A DNA stretch of 58,297 nucleotides, filler included, from Sphacelaria rigidula (Eukaryota): NCBI GenBank assembly GCA_964200075.2. It is 7 parts of 7 records of this genome, joined end to end, with 100 filler letters (N's around TTAATTAATTAA, not from the genome) between each part and the next. Parts side by side here need not be neighbours in the genome. Positions count along the whole stretch, not along the records: positions 1 to 8,243 come from CAXNAA020011799.1; positions 8,344 to 16,586 come from CAXNAA020011800.1; 5 more parts are not named here. One strand, 5' to 3'. Made by a program: the position numbers and the translations under genes. Within the stretch, counting starts at the first letter, position 1. Every line of letters starts with the position of its first letter. The notes under the pieces are model-generated. The model saw nothing but the letters and a program-made list of their open reading frames with translations, had not been told where the DNA came from and searched no databases. Below, in pieces: positions 1-10,817 of the stretch.

Positions 1-269
1 CCTGAACCCGAACATCAGGCGCTCTATGGCCATTTTTTTCGTGACACTTTTGGCTGGTTTTGGGGGGGGGGCTATCGCAGAAAGTGTCAACACCAATCCC
101 TTGAGTTTTTTGTGAATCCACTAATCACTTGGATGAAGTTAGGTCAGTATTTATCACTTGAATTCAGTATATCCCTTCTATATCCAAGAAAAAAGACAGA
201 ACAACTCGACGTTGCACTACAGATAAGAGTAACAAATTACTTGGGGTAAGTGCATCTGCGCACATACTA

Positions 270-707
270 CTTGAGCTTTCTGTGGGCCCACGAATTACTT
301 GGATCGAGTATCGCGTCACTGTATTCCTATAACCGCATCATGTCTGAATGTATCAGAGCGTCCTACAGGGGAGTTGTATTCGGAACGAGTGTACTGTTGA
401 ATTATTGGAGATCTCTAGATCATATGGATACATTCGGATGTGCATCGAGATGTATCGAGTGGTGTGGAACATATCCTATGTCCCGCGGGGCAAGAGTATT
501 TCCCGCCGGGCAAAACTGTGTTCCGCGGAGCAAAGCTCTACCCCGCGGGGTGTATCTATGCTGCGCGGGAGATTGACTTGAGGTATGATTTCAGTCGTTG
601 TAGATCAGAGCTGTCGATCACATCTCGGTTTACTTTCCTTTCATCCTCCGTATCAAAGAGTAACAGATGAAAGTGTCACGTTCACTGAATTTCGGATTAC
701 ACCAACA
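270..707 (+). repeat. Putative 5' LTR (start approximate)
   Basis: Collinear with 7487-7890, sharing ATGTCCCGCG, GGCAAAACT, TCGTTGTAGATCAGAGCTGTC, TCACGTTCACTG and the TACACCAACA end. No clear primer-binding site follows it. Confidence 0.6.
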
Positions 708-1289
708 CGCTAGCGTGTTCTTTGGTACGAAACCAGACCGCCACTGCTGAGGACGAAGACTGACAATCTCATGGCGAGCGCAGCCGAAACAAATGTCCCG
801 TGTGGCTGAGCGTGAGTGAGCGGTTCGCGAGCCTTGAGAAGCGCATATCTGTCCGTCGGAAAAGAACGGATGACTGCGCTTGTTGCGGGTCATTTGCTAG
901 GTGCCACCGCACCTCGAGGAACCCCAAGTGACGCCGACAGCGGCAACGAGGCCGCGTCAAACGAGATAAGAGGTGGCGGCAGTGAAGCCGCGCCACGGCG
1001 GTGAGTCGATGAGTGGGGCGCACCATGCGGGGGCGCTGGATGATGACACCACAGGATAAGTAGCGTCCCGTAGAGGGACCGCTGCGAATTCAACTGCTGC
1101 GAAAGAGCGGCAACGACATCCAGGCGGTCAAACGAGTCGGCACCTCACAACCTACGGAGCGGGTCTGGAGTACCTGGTTTCAGACCGTATCGCCCTGACA
1201 ACGTTGTTCCTGAGGGGTCAGATGAGCACCTTTTAGGTGGGGGTGTTGTTCTGGATGATTTTGGTAGAATGCGGGCCCCAATCAGACAT

Positions 1290-2150
1290 GTTCCGAATTT
1301 CGATTGGGTACCCAAGAGTTTTCCTTCTTGGCGAGAAGAATTTGTGATTGCTTGCCGAGACTAAGAGCGTGGCTCGGCGTTAAGTTCGACATCTGTACTT
1401 CCTGCCGGGGCCAGTCGAGAAACTTCACTCTCGCGTGTCCTCTCTGCGTGGAAGTTAGAGTCGTGCAAAGTCGCTTGGCGTGCATGAACATATGCTGTGA
1501 GTGGCCCTGTGTTGAAAGCTGTGTATCCCGATCCGTTGGTAGAGCGTGGAGCATGCTCGAGGAACCTTTCTTCCTCTCACGAGCACCGCAAGATCGATGT
1601 GATTGAACAAATTTGATCGGTGTAGCATGCCTAGGGCGGGCAACCCTATTCATTTGTTCCGAGAGATGGGTGAAATTCTCAGTGCGCTGCTGTCCTTGAG
1701 AATTGAAAAGGACGAGCACAGCATTTGCTCGAAGTTTCTTGATGGACTCCCACAAGAGTACGAATTGGCAGCGCGGTGGTCTCGAACTTCGAGTGATTAT
1801 TTGAGTCCGGGCGCTAATGTGCGAAAGATCAAAGATTGATGTAGTTATCGCCGTCGTGTACAGCAGATCCCTCCCCACGACTTAGTCGCTCCGACTCGAA
1901 AGGGATACGCGGTCAATGGCCAAACGACTAAGGCGAGAAACGCATAAATACCCCCTCCCCCCCCCCTACGACGTTGGACAAGCCTTGATTGCTCGCAAGG
2001 GCAAGAAAGAAGGTCTAAACCACACAAAGAAGCCGGGTAAACGTGGATATGGCGGAACCAAAGGTCGCTGTTTTCGGTGTGATAAGATTGGGTACAGGGT
2101 GGCGAATTGCACGGCCGTCGTCGTATCTGAGGATGATAACTATGCATCAA
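1290..2150 (+). pseudogene. copia gag remnant with degenerate CCHC zinc knuckle
   Basis: RCFRCDKIGYRVANC (CX2CX4[H>Y]X4C) near 2065-2110, and KFLDGLPQEY, a copia gag-type motif, near 1732-1761. The frames are broken. Confidence 0.7.
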
Positions 2151-3087
2151 AGAACAGAGGTGAGAGTGATGATCCAACAATCGCTCTCCTCATTGTGTTG
2201 ACTTCCATTCTTGCACAGGCTGTTGATTGGTGTGGGAGCTGGGCCAGCCTCAAACGGATTTAAGCTCTCAAAGCAATATCTCATCGACACAGACGAGTTG
2301 GGTCATGATCCGCATATTGTGTTAATTGTCTAATTTGGGGGAAGGTGCTCATCTGCTAAAACGTTCGGACCATTTCTATACCGTACAGAGATAGCATCCA
2401 CACTGAAATCTATATGAAACCCCGAACGATGTATTCAGCGGATGATGACGATTTTTGGCGTGGACGTTCCCTGGAGCACGCAGACACGATGAATACCCTC
2501 ACCCTCACCCAATTCGTAATCCATCTCGAGATGTGGCGCACATCATGTCACATACTAAAATCAATATATCACGAGCAGAGGCACTAGATGCCCTGAATCT
2601 GGATATCGCGTCTCAGTTTTTGAGCATTGTGCTATGAAATTTCGTATGGAGAAGCGCCAGTGCATAACGGACTTTGGAAAAAAAAATCATTTTTGTTTCA
2701 TTTGTTTTTTGTGTTTTGGGGGGAGTTTTGAGGAGAAATGAACATTGCTCTTGGGCCTCATCTTAATTTTTTAGCTTTATTTCTAAAGTTGTGATATGAA
2801 ACTTAGCATGGAGAACGCCAGAGGTATGCTGAACAATAAAACAAATGGGCCTTCATTTTTTTTCGTTTGGGAGAGGTTCGGGCGGTCTCGTAAAAGAATG
2901 GGCGTTACCATACTAGAACACCCTGAACCAGCGAAAAACATAAATAAGCACCAACTTGATCCATTTTTCTTGGTCCATCATGACCAAGCGCGGTCCCGCA
3001 CAAAGTTTCGAAACACAAACACCGAATGTGGGCCGGTAAACGGCCTGCAAAATGTTTGTCCGAATTCCCACCGGTCCGGTTTTTGAA

Positions 3088-3356
3088 AGGCGATTTCGCG
3101 ATTGTTTACTTAGAGTTGGACAGTGAAATTCGGTATGGACAATCTACAGGGCATAAAAAAATGTGTGCGGGGTCCCGAATTTTTGTTTCCATGAGGTAAG
3201 GGCAATAACCAATTTTAAGGTTTTAGTAAAATGCCGTCAAATCACCGAAAATAAAACCTTCGGGACCCCGCACACATATATTTTTTTCATGCCCTTTTGA
3301 CTGTCCATATCAAATTTCACTGTCCAACTCTAACTAAATAAATTGCGAATTCGCCT
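3088..3356. repeat. Foldback inverted repeat with arms of about 90-98 bp, inside an insertion in the copia element
   Basis: 3088-3179 (AGGCGATTTCGC...GGGGTCCCGAA) is the near reverse complement of 3259-3356. Confidence 0.85.
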
Positions 3357-3454
3357 GCAAACTACAAATCTGCTTCTAGGCTGGCCCAGATCGTAGAGCT
3401 TTCGGAAAGGTACTTCACGTAGTACGTCGATCAGAGCCATCGAAAAATTTGGTC

Positions 3455-4130
3455 GTGTGTTCCTAGATCTTGGCGGGAATCAAGAGACGCCTACAACTCG
3501 CAGCTATTGCTATCTAATGATGGTGAAGGACAATTATTCTCGATACATTTGACTTCACGTTTTGAAACACAAATCCGATGCAGCGTCCAAATCCAAACAC
3601 CTTCTGGCTGACGTGAGAGCCGCCGCTGTCCCATCCAAAGCTTGTATTGTGCGCCCGGACAATGAACTAGAGATTTTCGGCGAGGAATTCCGGCAACGGT
3701 GATGATTCATAGATGTAACGAGAGTTCACTCCGTCTTTTAGCCCGCAGTTCAACAGGGTAGCGGAGGGAGGTTCGGGAATGACGGAGGCGGCGCCAACGG
3801 CAGCGAGAATCCAGGCGAAGAAAATCTTTCACCACGTCCACCTACCGCCAACGGCATCGCTATTGGCTGAGGCGATGAATTGGGCGTGCGATGCGCTCGA
3901 TTGCATTGCCACAACGTCTAACCCAGAAACTACGTCACCGCACGAAATGTGGCATGGGAAGGCCGCCCTCACGCATTTGCTTTTCTCAAAGTCGGCTTAC
4001 TATAGACGACTTAGGCCGGACAAATCATTGCCGAACGTAGAAGGCCGTTTCTACTTGAGGCCGTCTATCGACCAGGCCACGGACAGCATGCGCATGCTTA
4101 CCCGTGAAAATCAGAGCCAAGAAAGGTGAG
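3455..4130 (+). pseudogene. copia integrase (rve) remnant
   Basis: MMVKDNYSRY..LKHKSDA, IVRPDN, FTPSFSPQFNRVAE and AEAMNWACDAL...SPHEMWHGK, with stops and frameshifts. Confidence 0.85.
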
Positions 4131-4849
4131 AAGTGACGTGAACGGCGCTGCCGCCCTCAAGGCACGTGTTTTCAACGTTGCCTCCTGCTACTGGCAAAGA
4201 ACAAGAAAGCACGGCGCTGGGAGGGTATGAAGAAGAGGTGTCGTATCTCGGAGAGTAGGACGACGACGACGACGACGTCGCTCTACAGTTCTTGGAGAGG
4301 GGTATTCTACATGTGACACGCAAGGTAGATACGACGGATGCGTTTCTGTCGGTAGTTTCTCTCGGTAAGGTCAATTTGTTTAGACTCAATCGCGTCGTCA
4401 CCACCATCATCTTCATCGCCAGTGTCCTCTTCGTCCGACTCATCGTCAGTCTCTTCGTCGATATCTTAATCGTCGTTGACATCATCAGCAGCACCCGCAA
4501 CTACACCGCCGGACACAGCAGCAGCTCGAATGTACAACGATAGTTGGGTTCGTCCTTGCAGTGTCCGAACAACGACGATGAGAGACGGGAGGGGCGTACA
4601 CGGCATCCAAGCCGCGCGATCGTCACTCAACAAGGATCGCCGGGACCGTTCGAGAGCGAAGTCTCTCGTCGCAGCACAATCTAAGCACGTCCCCCCCATG
4701 TCGACATGCCGCGTTCACGAGGCCGAACCTGAGCCGACTTTTTCACGCCGAAGCCCGCGCCTCGCTCTACGCCCCTCTTTGGTCGGCAGCAATGAGTGTG
4801 AAGTTCGACGTTGTGTCTAGTGCTTGTAACTTCACTGATAGGCAAAGAT

Positions 4850-6200
4850 TGCAGGGGCCAAGTGGGCCTTCAAATGGAAAGGAGATACACATGGTTCGAT
4901 TACTAAGGCCAAGTCTAGCCTTGTAGCAAAGTGCTGTAATCAAATAGAAGGTATTGATTTCTTCGAAACAGTCTCACCTATCCCGAGTGTGGCATCCAAA
5001 AAGATTGCCGTTTCAATTGCCTGTGTAGGAGCTTTGGACCTCTACCAATCGACGTAGAGCAAGCTTCCATTCAGTTTGATCTCGGCACCAGCAATTACAT
5101 GAGGCTTCCACCCGGATGTGGAAGGATATCTGGCAAGGTAGTGCAGCTGAACACGTCTCTGTACGGCCTCAAGCAAGCATCTCGTTAGGGGCGAAACATG
5201 TTGTGCGCCACTCTACGCGACACTGGTTTTGAACCTTTCCCTGCAGACATGCGTGGTGAGATTGACGGCCGAACAAGGTGATTGGAGTGATTGTAGGTTA
5301 TGTTGACCGCATACCTTTCGCTGGAGGGAGGGATATGAGCGATACCGTGGTGAAGGCTATAAACAAGAAGTTTCCTGTAACACCTTAGCGAACTGACTTG
5401 GTTCATGGACAGTGGGTACCTTAGAGATCCACAGGAAGTCTCGTGCGCTTTAGATTTCGTAGGAGAACTTCGTGAAAATGATCGTTGATTGATTTCATGT
5501 TGATCTATCGTGTCCTATTCCTGCCCCCCCATTCGTTGGTCTCAGAAACATGAGGGAGGAGGCAATCGGAGGCATCCCGCTCTAGGTGGTGGCGGGGAGT
5601 CTCATGTGGTTGTCAGGTCAAACACGTCCGGATATTGCCAACCCAGTGCGAACTGTGGCGCGCTACTCGCACAACCCAAAGAAGACAAACTGGTGGGCAG
5701 CGTCCAGATCCTGGACCATCTTCGTGTATCTCAGGATTCGGGGCTTATCTTCCCCAACGACGGAGAAGAACGTGTCGTAGTATATGCTGATGCTGACCAT
5801 GCAAGTCAGGCCACTGATCGCCGATCAATCTCGGGTGCCGTAGTATTTCTGTAACGGTCACAGGTTGCTGGGCATTCGAGGACGCAGGAGCGAGTTACGT
5901 TACCCACAGCAGATAGTGGAATTGTAGCAATGCCCGATGCTCCAAAGGAAGGGATTTTCGTTCAAAACGAATTCCCTTCCTTATCCCCTAGTAAATAGGT
6001 AGAGAAAATGAAATTCTGTCGAGATGATGAGGGAGCAATCCCGCTTGCTGGTCGTCCACTCTGCACTGGTATCAGCAAGCATATTGATATTCAATTGCAC
6101 TTATGCGGGAGAAGGTCGAGAGTGAGGAAGTAGCTCTAGTGCATATCCCTAGTATAGAACAGAGCACTGGCGTTTTTGGTGAGGGCATTGTCGTTTGCTT
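4850..6200 (+). pseudogene. copia reverse transcriptase (RVT_2) and RNase H remnant
   Basis: KWAFKWK, KAKSSLVAK..QIEGIDFFET, SLYGLKQASR, YVD, QTRPDIA, YADADHASQATDRRSISG and SKHIDI, with multiple frameshifts. Confidence 0.9.
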
Positions 6201-6498
6201 CTTTCAGCGCAGAACCCATTTCCGGCGCGATCGCCTGTGAAAGGAGCAGTGTCGGAAAAGAAATCATGAAATCATGAGCCCACCGCTCCCGTCAGTCGGT
6301 GCCGCGTTGGGCACCGGGTCCACAGGGCGGTGGCAGCGGCTGTACGGGGGACTATGTTGCTTCCCGTCAACCTGTCATCGACGCCCACTACGGACCGACG
6401 TTCATGTTTGTTTTTGAGATCTGCGTGTTGTTCCCGCAAGTTTTAAGATCCACGGCTGCACACGCAAACAAGCGTTTGAAAAAAACTCTGAGCATGCC

Positions 6499-7433
6499 GC
6501 CGCCCGGTGGTATAATGGTCCGACTGTCGCCATTAGGGTGGAGAGAACGAGGGTTTGATTCCCGATACGTCGGGTCTATTCTTTGTAGTATGTGATTTCC
6601 ACCGTGGAAAGCGTGCGAACGCGAGTAAACGAAGTAGTTGAAAGAGTTTGTTTGACGTGAGTTGACGCGGTGCGGGAGTACTGACCCAATCCACGAGACC
6701 AAAATGCAAGGCGTGTACCGGGAAGAGATGCTATGTGATAGGTATTGCAGTTGCTGAGTTGTTTCTGGTATGACCAGCGGGTACGAGCAGCGTATATCTT
6801 GGGCTAATAAATGAGCGCCCACATGACCAGCTCTGTCGTGTCGGAGGTACGAGTGCGTGATGGTCGCTATCTTGTTTGATGGCATGGATTTATAAGCTTC
6901 GCACGATACGATATATATGTAAAATAGTATATTGAAGTTGGCTCGTTTGGATTTGAGTTGAGTTATGACTTGAGTAAGGGCACGTCCAGGATAAAATCGT
7001 CAGGTCGCCCAAGACCCTAGGATTTCACTCCCTAATCTGGCCTTGGATTCTACAGTACAGTAGAGATCAATGGAACACCATTTCCGCGTCTGATATTTTC
7101 ACTGCACCGTCCACGGTCTTTGGCTTCGGTGACTGAGCCTCAGGAACAAGGAGAGTAAGTCAGTCCTTGCCTGAGTGTACGATACCCTTCCCTATTCTGC
7201 TCATTTCTTACCCGTGCATGTTTGGTACATAGCTACCGCTCCCTGAAAATACATCAACTGTAGCAAGCAGATAAAGAGAGCGTTTTGATCCTGGACACGT
7301 TATCACCTTCCTGCCTCTAGTAGCTAGGGTGACAACCCATTCACGTGACAGAGATAGGTTGATCCCTTGAGACCACGGACTCGTCCCGAGAAAGGGGAGG
7401 TGTTCAAAGTGCGATAAATAAAATAAGATAAAT
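6499..7433 (+). mobile_element. tRNA-derived SINE (family 1) split by a solo LTR
   Basis: A-box TGGTATAATGG and B-box-like GGTTTGATTCC. The body stops at 6728 and resumes at 7351, ending TTCAAAGTGCGATAAATAAAATAA. Collinear with intact copies at 48161 and 53945. Confidence 0.85.
6729..7350. mobile_element. Solo LTR (622 bp) with 4-bp TSD GAGA
   Basis: Termini are TGCTATGTGA...TCACGTGACA. GAGA occurs at 6725-6728 and 7351-7354. Removing the insert restores the SINE sequence seen in other copies. Confidence 0.8.
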
Positions 7434-7486
7434 ATGACCAAAAAGTGATCTCCTCTCGAATGCGAATAAGCTCGAAGAGAAGGAGT

Positions 7487-7890
7487 TAAAATTGAATTCT
7501 GTAGGCGGGTATCAGATATAATGCCGCCGGGAGGGCATTCGTATGAGCGTATCATGTGTGGGTGTATCAGATTCATGGTACAAAGGAACTCTACTCGGAA
7601 GAAGTGTATCATTGATTTTTTCAATCTCGAGATCAAATCGATAGATTAGGGGTTGCGTCGAGATAATTGTAGATTTGTGGGACATGTCTCATGTCCCGCG
7701 TGGCAAAACTATGTTCCGCGGGGCATGGATACGCCCCGCGCAAGGTCGGCTTGAGTATGATTCCAATCGTTGTAGATCAGAGCTGTCCTCGCGGGTCGCT
7801 TCCTTTTCATCGTCGGTATCAACGCCTCATACATGAAGGTGTCATGTTTAACATAATTTCACGTTCACTGGACTTCCGAATACACCAACA
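7487..7890 (+). repeat. Putative 3' LTR preceded by a purine tract (GAAGAGAAGGAG)
   Basis: Diverged direct repeat of 270-707 ending in CA, with a PPT-like purine run just upstream. Confidence 0.6.
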
Positions 7891-8243
7891 GACTACGATA
7901 TGGCCATTCTATATCCAAGAAGATGGCCAAAACTGCTCGACTTGAGATAAACAAGATTGATATCTCTGGTTCAGCGTACCTTCATATATATATGTACATG
8001 TATCATTTCACATTTTCCACCACTTTTGCCGAGTTTTCTCTGGCGGCAAGGCATCTTATCACGCGCGTCCTCTTCTAGTGGAAGAAGAACGCGCAGCGGT
8101 ACATTATTTTTCAGGTTTGGATGTCATCTGATACCTGTGGCGCGTGTTCTGGCCATCCAAAGTCGCCCACACTGGCTCTTTTTCGCGGGGTGTCGATCCC
8201 GAACCACAAAAGACTTATCGAGTTCGTATAAAAATTCATGCAG

Positions 8244-8343
8244 NNNNNNNNNNNNNNNNNNNNNNNNNNNNNNNNNNNNNNNNNNNNTTAATTAATTAAN
8301 NNNNNNNNNNNNNNNNNNNNNNNNNNNNNNNNNNNNNNNNNNN
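8244..8343. other. Artificial contig-joining linker (N44-TTAATTAATTAA-N44). Identical linkers at 16587-16686, 24930-25029, 33273-33372, 41616-41715 and 49957-50056
   Basis: The same 100-nt spacer with stops in all six frames recurs every 8241-8243 bp, consistent with size-sorted contigs concatenated together. Confidence 0.98.
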
Positions 8344-9836
8344 GTGTGGGGAACGCTGTATGCCGACGATGCGGGCATCATCTCGAGATCCCCCAACGGA
8401 CTGGCAAGGATGATGACCATCATAGTGGACGTGTTTGGGGCCTTTGGACTGACCGTATCGGAGAAGAAGACGGGGACCTTCTTTATGCGAGTGCCGAGGC
8501 AAGCACCAAAGATGGGGGAGTCACCAATACCATCTCCCCCACCACTGATCATCGAAGCATCGGGTCAGAAATGCTCTCAGAAAAGTAGTTTCCGATTTTT
8601 GGGCGGGCTCGTCAACGAAGAGGGCGAACTCAAGCAAGAAATCAACAATCGGAGCAGGGCAGTGTGGGCGTGCATCAGGAAGTTCTCCCGGGAGCTCTTT
8701 GACCGACCGAAAGCACCATGGAGACTCAAGGTCCGACTGCTGAAAGCGGAGGCGATGGAGGCCCTACTATACGGATGCATGACGTGGGCCCCGCGCCGCG
8801 AACACTACGACTTGGTGAGAAAGGTGCACTACCGGCTCCTCCTACGAGTCATCGGGTACCGCCGAGTGCGCGGCACATACTGACAGCTGTCGTATGCACA
8901 GACCCTCAATAAGACCGGATGCCAAAGTGCCGAAGCCATCGTCCGGTAACGACGACTGCTGTACGCGGGAGCCCTGGCTAGACAACCGGAAGGACGAGTA
9001 CCGAAGCGAATAGCACTCGGAACACTAGTCGGGGGGGAGGATCCAGGACCAGGGTGCCCGGAACAAAACTGGCTGAAGGGCCTGAGGGACNNNNNNNNNN
9101 AGAGCCACGCTTTCGGAGCCACAGACGACTCTACGGACGACAACCGCCAAACATTCGGAATCGACCGCACCCTATGGACCTAAGCAGCGAATAAGGAGGG
9201 GGGGTTGCCGTGGCACGCGGGAGTGCTGCAGGAAGCGGAGAGGTTCATGACCTAATGGCACAGAAATGAAGAGGAGGCCAGCCGACTGCGTGCGATTAGA
9301 CGGGAGACGAACGAAGCCCACATAGCACAGCAATGACGACGGTCCAGAGAGGGGGGGGGGTGAACCCCCTTCGATGAGGGGTGTCGTTATGTCATGCAGT
9401 GCTTGTCTTGATACTTGATACACCTGGTACGCCTGTACGGATGGCTGTCCCTCGAGAGGTCGAAATATGAAACTTTGCGATTCTTAGTTATTTGGTTGGT
9501 GGTCTTTGGGACCTTGATTCTCGCCCGTAGTCGAACCCTATGTTCATTTCTACTTGGCCTCGCGCGTCGAGTTGGAAAGCCGGGTGCCACTCCCTGTAGT
9601 CCGAATGGCCACCTGCGGCACCGGATCTTCTGAGGTTAGCCAAAGGTATTCTCTTTCTTCTTCATTATTTATCACTGTTTAGCTTGTATCGCGTTTTGTG
9701 AGTTAATCTAGGTCTTTTTTCTTTTTTTTTTGGTTTTTGCTAGCCTGTGACCACGGAAGGCGTCCGCATCAGATTCCCAGTACGAATGTATCGCGCAGAT
9801 ATCGGAACGGGTTTTAATGTGAAAACAACAACAACA
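8344..9836 (+). mobile_element. Non-LTR retrotransposon (RTE-like LINE): 3' half of the RT ORF (pseudogenised), 3' UTR and (ACA)n tail
   Basis: LYADD, FGLTVSEKKT, FRFLG, EINNR..A, K.RLLKA...ALLYGCMTW and R.PKR motifs, with in-frame stops after 8880. Ends TGTGACCACGG...TAATGTGAAAACAACAACAACA. Confidence 0.9.
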
Positions 9837-9967
9837 TTGAAACTATACCCAAGTGAAGCTTCGTGACCGTTGACATCACTTACTTTTACTTTGGATAAGT
9901 ATTGAAATCATGCCCGATTCTACCCAACAATTGGGTGAAGTATTGAGGTCTTGCTCAAGACATACTG

Positions 9968-9970
9968 TTT

Positions 9971-10029
<59 letters not shown>

Positions 10030-10086
10030 ATTGTTGTTGTTGTTGTTGTTGTTGTTGTGGTTGTGGTTGTGGTTGTGGTTGTTGTT

Positions 10087-10123
<37 letters not shown>

Positions 10124-10385
10124 TCTCCACAATAAAAACCATTCCGGTATCTGCGCAGTACCCTCTGTACTGGGCATCTGATGCGGACGCCTTCCGTGGT
10201 CGCAGGTTAACTAACTATCCAAAATAACGCATAAGGGTATTTTTTTTTAATCGAAGGTCAACATTCGGGCTACTGGAGGTAGGGCCCAATGGTCCAGTCA
10301 ACACGCGACACGAAACCGAAATGGAGTCAAACTCAAAAACCAACGCCACCAACCATAACGATAAGAATCGCAGGGTTCTACCCTT
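9968..10385 (-). mobile_element. 5'-truncated LINE 3' UTR copy, tail-to-tail with the first, with an expanded (AAC)n/(GAC)n tail
   Basis: Its reverse complement matches 9475-9836 (GACCACGGAAGGCGTCCGCATCAGAT; TGCGATTCTTA..GGTTGGTGG). The microsatellite spans 9968-10122. Confidence 0.85.
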
Positions 10386-10417
10386 GCACCTGTAGAGGGA
10401 TAGCCATATGTAAGAGT

Positions 10418-10817
10418 ATACACTTCAAGCTTATAAACCTTGGACACTCATCCGCAAAAGTTTACGCCGTTTTGAGGAGTTAGATCCTGCAATTTTGCAC
10501 GATTTTGCTGTGGATCATTACGCAACTGTAGAAGGTCATTTTTTTTTACGTTTTCACTTTTTTACTTTTTCGCTTTTTTCCTCGTTTTTCGTGGGTCCCA
10601 GGGTTTGGGGGGAAACTTGAATCTGTCGGACCCCCGAAGAACGGTAAAAAAAAAAGTGAAAATGTGAAGAGAAAAACAAATCATCCATCGAAAGTTGCGT
10701 AATGACCCATAGCACATCGTAATGACCTGTAGCACATCTGTGCAAAGTTTCAGGGTCTAACTCATATAAACGGCGTGAAGTTTTGCGCGTTTGTGCGATG
10801 ACGAGCTTGAAACGTAC
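10418..10817. repeat. Foldback/MITE-like inverted repeat with arms of about 110-125 bp
   Basis: 10418-10527 (CGCAAAAGTTTACGCCGTTT..GAGTTAGATCCTG..TCATTACGCAACT) pairs with 10692-10817. Confidence 0.75.

Larger units (their letters stand above)
270..7890 (+). mobile_element. Degenerate Ty1/copia LTR retrotransposon carrying nested insertions
   Basis: Domain order is gag zinc knuckle, integrase, RT, RNase H (copia order), with many stops and frameshifts. It is flanked by two diverged direct repeats that both end ...TACACCAACA. Confidence 0.85.

Noticed and set aside
1262..1282. Possible primer-binding site (TGG...GGGCCCCA)
   Set aside because: It is not adjacent to the LTR end at 707 and matches a tRNA-Met PBS poorly.
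8244..8343. Regularly spaced TTAATTAATTAA motif within N-runs
   Set aside because: It is an artificial concatenation linker, so adjacency across these points has no biological meaning.
9876..10227. Poly-Thr, poly-Val and poly-Cys ORFs
   Set aside because: They are translations of the (GTT)n/(GTC)n LINE-tail microsatellite.
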